Shown here: in pieces, positions 7,943-15,380 of the stretch
How the letters are laid out: every line of letters starts with the position of its first letter
Numbering within the stretch: the first letter of the stretch is position 1
Origin: Spirochaetales bacterium
Lineage (GTDB): Bacteria > Spirochaetota > Spirochaetia > JABEVK01
Assembly: GCA_037142615.1 (NCBI GenBank)
Contig: JBAXAI010000037.1
Span: forward strand, 1 to 37,211
DNA: 37,211 nucleotides
Direction: 5' to 3'
The notes under the pieces: generated by a model
Told to the model about the DNA's origin: nothing
The model's input: only the letters and a program-made list of their open reading frames with translations
Databases searched by the model: none
Program-made: the position numbers and the translations under genes

Positions 7943-8108
7943 TTCCATTCTTGGCTACATGAGACTAGCTGTGGCTTCCCGAAACCTATATGGGATCGTT
8001 CCATTGGTGGCAATTCGGAAGGCTGTCGGTTCACTGAGCGAACTCGACAAAGCGATGATCGACCCACTCCACCGTGATGATGGCATCCTGAAGCCCCAGG
8101 ACAACGAC
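7943..8108. repeat. Direct repeat copy 2
   Basis: Homologous to 6161-6325. Confidence 0.9.
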
Positions 8109-8315
8109 GACATCCTCCAGAGCCTTCAGTTCAGGGCGGAACGCAGCAACAAACGGATTGGGAGGAATGCGGCAACGCTGTCGTCCTCCGAACGAGGGGC
8201 TACGGTGGCCAAACTCCAGTACCTTGCGTATGTCGGACTGGCTGATGCCCCGCTGCAGGCCCCGGTCAATCGCATGGCTGGACGAAGGAATGTCGACGAA
8301 CCGCTGGGATTTCAT
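8031..8315 (-). CDS. DUF4258-like small protein (possible RelE/BrnT-like toxin fold)
   Basis: AGGAGG RBS. SSHAIDRGLQRGISQSDIRKVLEFG..VVVVL..AIITV matches the HA..R..ERGI / IITV pattern. Confidence 0.65.
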   Translation of the reverse strand: MKSQRFVDIPSSSHAIDRGLQRGISQSDIRKVLEFGHRSPSFGGRQRCRIPPNPFVAAFRPELKALEDVVVVLGLQDAIITVEWVDHRFVEFAQ

Positions 8316-8687
8316 CTGCCCCTCCTTTCCTGGACAGAGAGTCGCAAGAATCTGGTCGATTTCTCTGGCGTTACCGGCCCGATTCTTGATGTCGGAAAAC
8401 TTGGCACAACAACTGCGACAGAAATTGCCCCCATTCTATAGCCTCCCATTGCCCCAAATCCTACCATAAGTTCCGAGTCAGAAATTGTTCGAATAACCTA
8501 ATTAATTACATTCTATGTAACTATTTATATCACACCCAATACGAAACGTCAAGAAGCGGAAATCTTCGGTCACCAAGGCCTTCCAGCTTTGAGAATAACA
8601 CCGGCTAATGCATCAATGGTGCAAACAAACGGAGAGCCGACTTGACTTCGTTCTGGAAGGCCAGGAAAGAGGGCGGCCGATGGGCCT

Positions 8688-8838
8688 GGCGACGCGCCCG
8701 TTGGGCGTAAGGAGCTTTGCGACGTCGCCGGGCGCTTACGCCTACAGGACTCGGGCTTCGCCCGAATCCTGTCGCGACGATCCAAGCCCCCGCGAGAGGC
8801 ATACGTAGGGCCGGCGTAAGGAGCAACGCGACGTCGCC
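8688..8838. repeat. Cluster of REP-like modules including a nested pair
   Basis: Outer GGCGACG(8688)..CTTACGCC(8742) plus hairpin 8744-8772. An inverted module GGCGTAAG..CGTCGCC (8704-8729) lies inside its loop, and another module is at 8813-8838. Confidence 0.8.
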
Positions 8839-8921
8839 GGGACCCCGCAGGCGCACCGCGCCGAGGAGGCCGGAGCGAAGCGTAGCCCGAAGTACGCCGA
8901 CGTCACTTCGCCCCTTGCCGC

Positions 8922-9074
8922 CGTCAAGAAGGATGGCTGAGTTAGCCCGGGGGTGGCGTGACGACGCACCTTCGGTGCTTACGTCTTGGAGAATCGCTCC
9001 GCGATTCTCCGGGCCTAAGGAGCGGAGCGACGTGGCCAGGACCCCGATTCGGAGCCCGGCCATCCTTCTTGACG
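8922..9074. mobile_element. MITE/REPIN-like composite: head-to-head module doublet inside 16-bp perfect inverted repeats
   Basis: CGTCAAGAAGGATGGC (8922-8937) and GCCATCCTTCTTGACG (9059-9074). The inner 8949-9052 segment recurs at 15206-15308. Confidence 0.6.
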
Positions 9075-9085
9075 AGTCGAACTAC

Positions 9086-9114
9086 TTGTGGCGGCTCGCC
9101 CCCTCGGGTATAAC
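9086..9114 (+). promoter_or_regulatory. Sigma70-like promoter for leaderless purF
   Basis: TTGTGG-17 nt-TATAAC, 6 nt before GTG 9121. Confidence 0.55.
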
Positions 9115-9120
9115 CATTGC

Positions 9121-10593
9121 GTGGAACCCACGGACAAACCCGAGCACCACTGCGGTGTCGCGGGCATCATCACGAAGGATCTGGCCAACCTTCCCGAGAA
9201 GTTGTTCTATCCGCTGTACGCGTTGCAGCACCGGGGTCAGGAATCGGCGGGCATCACCTACCGCAAGGACGGCGACCCGCAGACGGGTCCGCGCTTGGTC
9301 ACTTACAAAGACCTGGGCCTGGTAAGCCAAGTGCTCGGCCGCTACCTGAAAGAGGACCACCCGGGGCGCGTCGGTATCGGGCATGTGCGCTATTCCACCC
9401 ACGGCGGCAACCTCATCGAGAACGTGCAGCCGTTCCACATCGTGAGCAACAAGGGCGAAATGAGCCTGGCCCACAACGGCAACATCAGCAACCTGGAGCA
9501 ATTGCGGGCACGGCTCACGGCCGTGGGGGCCATCTTCCAGAGTTCGAGCGACACCGAAATCGTGCTCCACCTGATCAGCCGCAGCCGCAAAAGCACCTTC
9601 CGCGAAGCGCTACAGGACGCCCTGGTGCAGCTCGAAGGAGCCTTCAGCATGGTGATGCTGCGCGGTGACGAGCTCATCGCCTGGCGCGACCGAAAAGGGT
9701 TCCGGCCGCTGTACGTCGGCTGGAACGACGAGCTGACCACGGTGGTGAGCGAAACCTGCGCCCTCGACATCATGGGCATCACGCAATACCGCGAGGTGGA
9801 GCCCGGCGAGATCCTGTTCATTCCGCGCGGCGGCGACCCGGGGGCCTTTGAGAGCCTTCCCATCGGAGTGCCTGCGCCCCATAAAGCCCATTGTGTGTTC
9901 GAGTTCCTCTACTTCGCGCGTCCCGACAGCGAGATTTTCGGCCGCTCGGTGTACGCCATGCGCCAACGCGTGGGAGCCAAGCTCGCCGCCACTGACCCGG
10001 TGCAGGCCGACCTGGTGATGGCGGTGCCTGACAGCGGCACGACGGCCGCGCTCGGCTACGCCAAGGCCAAGGGACTGCCCTTCGAAATGGGCATGACGCG
10101 CAACCACTTCGCCGGCCGCAGTTTCACGTTGCCCAGCCAGGCCCAACGCGAGTTCGCCGTCAAGATGAAGCTCAACCCGATTGGCGAAGTCGTTAAGGGC
10201 AAACGAATTGTCCTTGTGGACGACAGCTTGGTGCGCGGCACCACGAGCAAGCACATCGTCAAGCTGCTGCGCGACGCCGGGGCCAAAGAGATTCACTTGA
10301 GGCTTTCGGCCCCCGAGATCAAGTTCCCGTGCTTTTATGGCATCGACGTGCCCACACGCGGCGAGCTGATCAGCAACACGCACGACCCGGTGTCGCTGGC
10401 CGCTTGGCTAGGCGCCGACACGGTGCGCTTTTTGCCGGTGGACCAACTGCGCGAATGCAGCGAAAAACCTGACGATTATTGCTACGCGTGCTTCAACGGC
10501 ACCTACCCGGAACCGCTCGATGCCGGGCAGAAGAGGCAAACTCAGCTCCTTCCGACGAGCACCGAGTTGGTGGCGCCGGGGCAAAAAGGTTGA
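9121..10593 (+). CDS. purF: Amidophosphoribosyltransferase
   Basis: Propeptide then CG, LQHRGQESAGI, GHVRYST, AHNGN, CVFEFLYFARPDS, VDDSLVRGTT, PCFYGID, CYACF. Confidence 0.97.
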   Translation: MEPTDKPEHHCGVAGIITKDLANLPEKLFYPLYALQHRGQESAGITYRKDGDPQTGPRLVTYKDLGLVSQVLGRYLKEDHPGRVGIGHVRYSTHGGNLIENVQPFHIVSNKGEMSLAHNGNISNLEQLRARLTAVGAIFQSSSDTEIVLHLISRSRKSTFREALQDALVQLEGAFSMVMLRGDELIAWRDRKGFRPLYVGWNDELTTVVSETCALDIMGITQYREVEPGEILFIPRGGDPGAFESLPIGVPAPHKAHCVFEFLYFARPDSEIFGRSVYAMRQRVGAKLAATDPVQADLVMAVPDSGTTAALGYAKAKGLPFEMGMTRNHFAGRSFTLPSQAQREFAVKMKLNPIGEVVKGKRIVLVDDSLVRGTTSKHIVKLLRDAGAKEIHLRLSAPEIKFPCFYGIDVPTRGELISNTHDPVSLAAWLGADTVRFLPVDQLRECSEKPDDYCYACFNGTYPEPLDAGQKRQTQLLPTSTELVAPGQKG

Positions 10594-11375
10594 AGACGCT
10601 CGCCGAGCTTCGCCGGGAGCAGGCCGCGTATTGCGTAGGTTTGACCGAGGCGGCGTCGGCGTTTGCCCGTGACCTGGCGGCGCTTCCCGAGGTGGAAGCG
10701 GTGTTGCTCACCGGTTCGGTGGCACGGGGCGACGCCCGACAGGCACCGTTGGGGTTGCTGGTCGACGTGCTGGTGTTGTCCGCTTCGGGAGCCGTTCCGC
10801 TGGAGCCGATGTTTGGTGCGAACACCGAGCCCGAGCTTCCGTTTTACTGCCCCGCGGTGCGCGGAACCGGCTTTGCCGTTGCCCAAGAATCCTTGGAGCG
10901 TTTCGCCGGCCCAAAGTCGGAGTCAGAGTCGTTCGCGCTGGCCGAGGCCAAGGTGCTGTTCGACCGCAGCGACAAGGTGGGCATCCGACTCGGGGCGGAC
11001 TTCCCCGCGCGCCAGGCGCCCCGGCAGAAAGTGGCGATGGAGCACTACGGGCTCTACCAGTACTTGGGTGGCCCCTACCGCTGGGAAAAGTGGGACTACC
11101 GCGAGGCCTGGACTCAGTTGGCCCAAAACGCGCACGAGGCCTTTGAGAGTTTCTGCGCCTTCGCGTACGCCCGCAACGGCAGTTTTGTGCCGCGCAAAGA
11201 TTGGCTGGTGTACCTGCTGACCGAGCAACCGAACGTCCCCGCCGACTTGGCGTCGCTGGTCGACTGCGCGCTGAGGGTCACCCCCGACCAGGCCGGCCAC
11301 GCTGCCTGGCAAACCGTCTACCTCGAACTCGACACCTGGATGAAACACGAAGCCGCCGCGCTGGGCTGGCTGTAA
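10590..11375 (+). CDS. Pol-beta-type nucleotidyltransferase-domain protein with helical C-terminal domain
   Basis: TTG start overlaps the purF stop. Contains EVEAVLLTGSVARGDA..VDVLV, AKVLFDR and a C-terminal FVPRKDW. Confidence 0.65.
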   Translation: MKTLAELRREQAAYCVGLTEAASAFARDLAALPEVEAVLLTGSVARGDARQAPLGLLVDVLVLSASGAVPLEPMFGANTEPELPFYCPAVRGTGFAVAQESLERFAGPKSESESFALAEAKVLFDRSDKVGIRLGADFPARQAPRQKVAMEHYGLYQYLGGPYRWEKWDYREAWTQLAQNAHEAFESFCAFAYARNGSFVPRKDWLVYLLTEQPNVPADLASLVDCALRVTPDQAGHAAWQTVYLELDTWMKHEAAALGWL

Positions 11376-11390
11376 CCCAAGGAGATTCTC

Positions 11391-12386
11391 ATGGCCGCAA
11401 AACAGACCTACGCCGGTGCCGGCGTCGACATCGAAAAGGGAGACCGGTTCGCCGAATTCATCGGCAAAATCCCGTCCAAAGCGATCGGCAGAGCCCAGAA
11501 TGGGGTCGGGATCGGCGGGTTCGCCGGTGGGCTCGAGCTCGACTGGAAGGCCTTCACGCGGCCGGTGTTGCTCAGCTGCACCGACGGTGTGGGCACCAAG
11601 TTGTTGGTCGCCCAGAAGTTCCAGAGGTTTGACACCATCGGCATCGACCTGGTGGCCATGAACGTGAACGACCTGGCGGTGTGCGGCTGCATGCCCAGCG
11701 TCTTCCTCGACTACATTGCCACGGGGTACATCAACGAGGCCCGACTTCAGGCCATCATCAAGGGCATCGTGAACGGTTGCGAGCAGGCCGACTGCCTGCT
11801 GGCCGGCGGCGAGACGGCAGAAATGCCCGACCTGTACCACGGCGAGGACTTCGACCTGGCGGGCTTCACCGTCGGGCTGGTCGAAAAAGACAAAATGCTC
11901 CCCCGCCCCGATCTGATGCACGTCGGCGACGTGGTGTTCGGCGTGGCCAGCAGCGGCGTGCATTCCAACGGCTACAGCCTGGCCCGCAAGGCCGTGCGCG
12001 CCGACGATGCCCAAGCGTGGGACGACCTGCTGGTGCCCACCAAAATCTACGTGCGCGACATGAAGGCCCTGCTCCCCCTTCCCGGCCTGGTCGGTGCGGC
12101 GCACATCACCGGCGGAGGCCTGTTCGGCAACATCGAACGCGTGCTGCCGCCCCAGCTACAGCTCAAACTGGACTGGAACTGGGACATTCCCCGCATCTTC
12201 GGCAAAATCGAAACCGACGGCAATGTCGACCGCGACGAGATGATCCGCGTGTTCAACATGGGCATCGGGCTTGCGCTTGTGGTGAGCAAGGCGAACGCCG
12301 CCGCGTTCGAGGCGGGAGCCAAGAAAGCCGGCGTCGCGGTGTTCCGCGCGGGGTCGCTGGAATCTGGGACCAAACGCCTTGGCTAG
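11391..12386 (+). CDS. purM: Phosphoribosylformylglycinamidine cyclo-ligase (AIR synthetase)
   Basis: YAGAGVDI, TDGVGTK, GIDLVAMNVND, GGETAEMP, SSGVHSNGYSL, AHITGGG, FNMGIG. Confidence 0.97.
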   Translation: MAAKQTYAGAGVDIEKGDRFAEFIGKIPSKAIGRAQNGVGIGGFAGGLELDWKAFTRPVLLSCTDGVGTKLLVAQKFQRFDTIGIDLVAMNVNDLAVCGCMPSVFLDYIATGYINEARLQAIIKGIVNGCEQADCLLAGGETAEMPDLYHGEDFDLAGFTVGLVEKDKMLPRPDLMHVGDVVFGVASSGVHSNGYSLARKAVRADDAQAWDDLLVPTKIYVRDMKALLPLPGLVGAAHITGGGLFGNIERVLPPQLQLKLDWNWDIPRIFGKIETDGNVDRDEMIRVFNMGIGLALVVSKANAAAFEAGAKKAGVAVFRAGSLESGTKRLG

Positions 12387-12957
12387 AGTCGGCATCCTCG
12401 CTTCGGGCGGGGGTTCGAACTTCCAGGCCATCGCCGAGCACCTGGCCTCGCACCCCGGCCCTGGCGGTGTGCACGAAGTCGCCGTCCTGCTGTGCGACAA
12501 GCCCGGTGCCTACTGCCTCGACCGGGCGGCGAAGCTGGGAGTCCCGGCGCACACCGTTGCGTACACCAAGGGCGAGCGCGAGGCGGCCGAGCGGCAGCTG
12601 ACGGCGCACCTCGAAGCGGCGGGGACAGACCTCGTCGTGCTGGCCGGTTTTATGCGCATTTTGACACCGCTGTTCGTGCGCCGCTGGCAGGGCAAACTCA
12701 TCAACATCCACCCTGCGCTGCTCCCCAGACACCCGGGCGCCCACGGCCTCGAAGACAGCTACGACTCGGGCGACCCGGAGCTGGGCATCACCGTGCACTA
12801 CGTGGACGAAGGCGTCGACACGGGGCCCGTCATCGAACAACGATCGTTTCCGCGTCACGCCAAAATGAGCTTGGAAGAGGCCGAGTTTCGCATCCACGAG
12901 CTCGAACACGAACTGTACCCGGTGGTGGTGCGCCGTCTGCTCGACTCGCTTGCCTGA
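12379..12957 (+). CDS. purN: Phosphoribosylglycinamide formyltransferase
   Basis: ASGGGSNFQAI, LAGFMRIL, INIHPALLP, GITVHYVDEGVDTGPVI. Confidence 0.96.
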   Translation: MARVGILASGGGSNFQAIAEHLASHPGPGGVHEVAVLLCDKPGAYCLDRAAKLGVPAHTVAYTKGEREAAERQLTAHLEAAGTDLVVLAGFMRILTPLFVRRWQGKLINIHPALLPRHPGAHGLEDSYDSGDPELGITVHYVDEGVDTGPVIEQRSFPRHAKMSLEEAEFRIHELEHELYPVVVRRLLDSLA

Positions 12958-13008
12958 AAGTTAGTCACCGTTGACCCTCAGGCCCCAGAAAGCTATTCTG
13001 CTGACATA

Positions 13009-14256
13009 ATGAAAGTGCTGATTTTGGGCAATGGCGCCCGCGAACACGCCCTGGCGTGGAAACTGTCGAAGAGCCGCTGCCTGAGCGGCCTTTTTGTCGC
13101 TCCGGGAAACGCCGGTACCTCTACCCACGGAACCAACCTTCCATCGGTCGATCCCCTCAACGGGCCCTCGGTGGAACAGGCCTGCCGTGACCACGGCATC
13201 AGCGTCGTTTTTGTCGGTCCCGAGGGTCCTCTCGAAGCCGGCATCGTCGATCACCTGCAGGCCGCCGGGATCTCGGTGATCGGCCCCGACAAGCGCCGTG
13301 CCCAACTCGAAAGCAGCAAAGTGTTCAGCAAAGCCTTTCTGGTGCGCCATCACCTCCCCACGGCCAAAGCCCGCGAGTTCCGCGACGCCAAAACGTACCA
13401 AACCTTTGTCGGGTCGATGACCGGCCCCGTGGTCGTCAAAAAGAGCGGCCTGGCCGCCGGAAAAGGCGTGCTCGAGACCAGCGACCGGGCCGAAGCCCTC
13501 GCTTTTGGCCTCGAAATCCTCAAAACCGACAAACTGCTCGTCGAAGACTTTCTGACCGGCTGGGAGATTTCGGTGTTCGTCCTGTCTGACGGCAAGGACT
13601 ACGTGGTGTTGCCCCCCACGGCGGACTTCAAAAAAGCCCACGAGGGCGACCAGGGGCCCAACACCGGTGGCATGGGCGCCATCTGCCCTGTGCCGACTGT
13701 CGACGCCGCGCTGTGGAAGCGCGTGTTGGCCGAAACCGTCGATCCGACCATGGCCGCGCTGAACAAAGACGGCCTCAACTACAAAGGCGTCATTTTCCTG
13801 GGCCTGATGATCACCGCCGACGGACCGCAGATCCTCGAGTACAACACCCGCTTCGGCGACCCCGAGACGCAGGTGCTGCTGCCCCTCATCGACAGCGACT
13901 TCGGCGACCTGGTGCGGGCCATGGCCGATGGAACCTTGGCCGACTATCAACTGGTGGTGAGCCAAAAAGTGGCACTGGGCGTGGTGGTCGCCGCCCCGGG
14001 TTACCCCGGCGAGTACCCGACCAACCTGGCCGTGACCGCGCTGCCCGAAGCCTCGGCCGGCGAGTTCCGCGCCTACCACGCGTCCACGGCCATCAAGGAC
14101 GGAACGGTGGTGACCGGCGGTGGGCGCTGCTTCACGGCGGTGGCCTTGGGTGAGTCGTTCTCGGACGCGCGTCGCCGGGCCTACCAGGGCGCCGCCGAAA
14201 TCCAGTTCGACGGAGCCTGGTACCGCAAAGACATCGGCGAGAAGTTCCTTCGTTAG
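13009..14256 (+). CDS. purD: Phosphoribosylamine-glycine ligase
   Basis: GNGAREHAL, APGNAG, GPEGPL, LESSK, GLAAGKGV, GPNTGGMG, EYNTRFGDPE. Upstream TTGACC-17-TATTCT at 12971-12999. Confidence 0.97.
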   Translation: MKVLILGNGAREHALAWKLSKSRCLSGLFVAPGNAGTSTHGTNLPSVDPLNGPSVEQACRDHGISVVFVGPEGPLEAGIVDHLQAAGISVIGPDKRRAQLESSKVFSKAFLVRHHLPTAKAREFRDAKTYQTFVGSMTGPVVVKKSGLAAGKGVLETSDRAEALAFGLEILKTDKLLVEDFLTGWEISVFVLSDGKDYVVLPPTADFKKAHEGDQGPNTGGMGAICPVPTVDAALWKRVLAETVDPTMAALNKDGLNYKGVIFLGLMITADGPQILEYNTRFGDPETQVLLPLIDSDFGDLVRAMADGTLADYQLVVSQKVALGVVVAAPGYPGEYPTNLAVTALPEASAGEFRAYHASTAIKDGTVVTGGGRCFTAVALGESFSDARRRAYQGAAEIQFDGAWYRKDIGEKFLR

Positions 14257-14261
14257 GACGT

Positions 14262-14316
14262 GACGACGCCACTGCGTGGCTTACGTCTTGGACTTTCGAA
14301 CGGGGTTCGAAACTCC
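14262..14316 (+). repeat. Double-hairpin REP-like element after the purD stop
   Basis: GACGACG-ccac tgc gtgg-CTTACGTC, then GGACTTTCGAAC ggg GTTCGAAACTCC. Confidence 0.85.
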
Positions 14317-14321
14317 GTCGG

Positions 14322-14358
14322 TGGTCACCTCTGCCCTTCCCTACGTGAACGACATCCC
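14322..14358 (+). repeat. Duplicated 5' segment of metG (att-like)
   Basis: 35/37 identical to 15397-15433 (VTSALPYVNNIP codons). Confidence 0.9.
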
Positions 14359-14505
14359 TGACGCCAAGCGCCTTGGTGTACCACAACTCCCTTGAGGTTG
14401 GCCTCGATGGTCGGGGGAGCAGGAAACACCATGCGAGAAGTGTAGCACGCAGGCAACTCCAGGAACGTGTTGCCAAAGGCATACTTTTGGTGCATCTTTG
14501 TATGT

Positions 14506-14724
14506 ATGAGAACAACACTGGAACTGTCGGACAGCGTCGTCGCTCAGGCCCGCGCCCTTTCGGGAATTGTCCGCATCAGCGATCTTGTCCGGGAGGGCCT
14601 TCAGGCGCTGATTGCCCGCGAAGCCCGAAAAAGGCTGGTTTCTTTTGGTGGAAGCGATCCTGACGCCCGTGTGGCGGACCGTCGCGGCACGGACCTGGTG
14701 GCCGAGAATCCGCTACCTCGTTGA
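14506..14724 (+). CDS. vapB: VapB-family (RHH) antitoxin
   Basis: MRTTLELSDSVVAQARALSGI..DLVREGLQALIAREARKRL..GGSDP. Upstream TTGCCA-17-CATCTT overlaps a CATAC-N15-GTATG inverted repeat (14480-14504). Confidence 0.88.
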   Translation: MRTTLELSDSVVAQARALSGIVRISDLVREGLQALIAREARKRLVSFGGSDPDARVADRRGTDLVAENPLPR

Positions 14725-15073
14725 CACTTCGGTCTGGGTAAATCACCTGAGATCGGCAGACTCGTTGCTTTCGTCGCGCCTGGACCGTGACGAAGTCCTG
14801 GGCCATGCGTGGGTGACCGGCGAGCTGGCCTTGGGCTCGCTGAAAGACAGGCAGGGGTTTCTGACCTTGCTCGCCCAATTGCCGCAGGTTGCCGAGGTGC
14901 CTTCCTCACGGGTTCACGAACTCACCGAGGAGCACCACTGGTTTTCGCGGGGCATCGGCTGGGTCGATGCGCAGTTGTTGGCGGCCTGCCTCTCGTGGCC
15001 CTGCCGGCTGTGGACCCACGACAAGAAGCTGGCCGAGCTGGCAAGCGAGCTTGGGGTGGGAGCGGGGGCCTAG
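14708..15073 (+). CDS. vapC: VapC PIN-domain toxin (start uncertain)
   Basis: YLVDTSVWVNHLR..HAWVTGELALGSL..GIGWVDAQLLAA..LWTHDKKL. ATC occupies the expected ATG position; the nearest GTG is at 14669. Confidence 0.88.
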   Translation: MRYLVDTSVWVNHLRSADSLLSSRLDRDEVLGHAWVTGELALGSLKDRQGFLTLLAQLPQVAEVPSSRVHELTEEHHWFSRGIGWVDAQLLAACLSWPCRLWTHDKKLAELASELGVGAGA

Positions 15074-15104
15074 CGGGTTCTGCGTAAACAGCGAAGCGGA
15101 GTCC

Positions 15105-15179
15105 GGCGACGCGACCTTCGGCCGCTTACGCCCGCAGTTCTGGGGCACAGCCCCAAAACTGCCACCTGTGCCCTCCACG
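15105..15179 (+). repeat. REP-like element matching the terminal-array unit in reverse orientation
   Basis: GGCGACG..CTTACGCC, GCAGTTCTGGGGC aca GCCCCAAAACTGC, and tail CACCTGTGCCCTCCACG, close to the reverse complement of the array linker CGTGGAGGGCCTAGGTG. Confidence 0.85.
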
Positions 15180-15205
15180 CCGCGTGGTCGGTCACTCGGA
15201 GGACG

Positions 15206-15308
15206 GGGGGTGGCGCGACGACGCACCTTCGGTGCTTACGTCGGGCGAACCGCCCTGCGGTTCGCCAGGGCCTAAGGCGCGCGCGCCGTGGCCAGGACCC
15301 CGATTCGG
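15206..15308. repeat. Head-to-head module doublet, second copy of 8949-9052
   Basis: GGGGGTGGCG.GACGACGCACCTTCGGTGCTTACGTC..GGCCTAAGG..CGTGGCCAGGACCCCGATTCGG is shared; the central hairpin has a different sequence. Confidence 0.85.
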
Positions 15309-15380
15309 TTCCGACATTCCGTTCAGCTGCGTCGAGCCCACTGTGTGGACACGCCCGTCCTAATTCCGTAAAATCCCCGC

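Noticed and set aside
7915-8034. Small ORF coupled to the DUF4258-like stop as a protein antitoxin
   Set aside because: The other repeat copy has a 1-nt indel that changes the frame after ~14 codons, and there is no antitoxin-like motif.
7812-8441. 209-aa plus-strand ORF
   Set aside because: It is antisense to the DUF4258-like gene, which has a clear RBS and motif; no recognisable domain.
6100-9074. Integron cassette array with attC sites
   Set aside because: The hairpins lack RYYYAAC/GTTRRRY ends, genes face both ways, and there is no intI in the window.
8570-9325. Several ORFs across the repeat cluster (likewise 36443-37125)
   Set aside because: Low-complexity Arg/Pro/Ala translations of GC-rich palindromic repeats.
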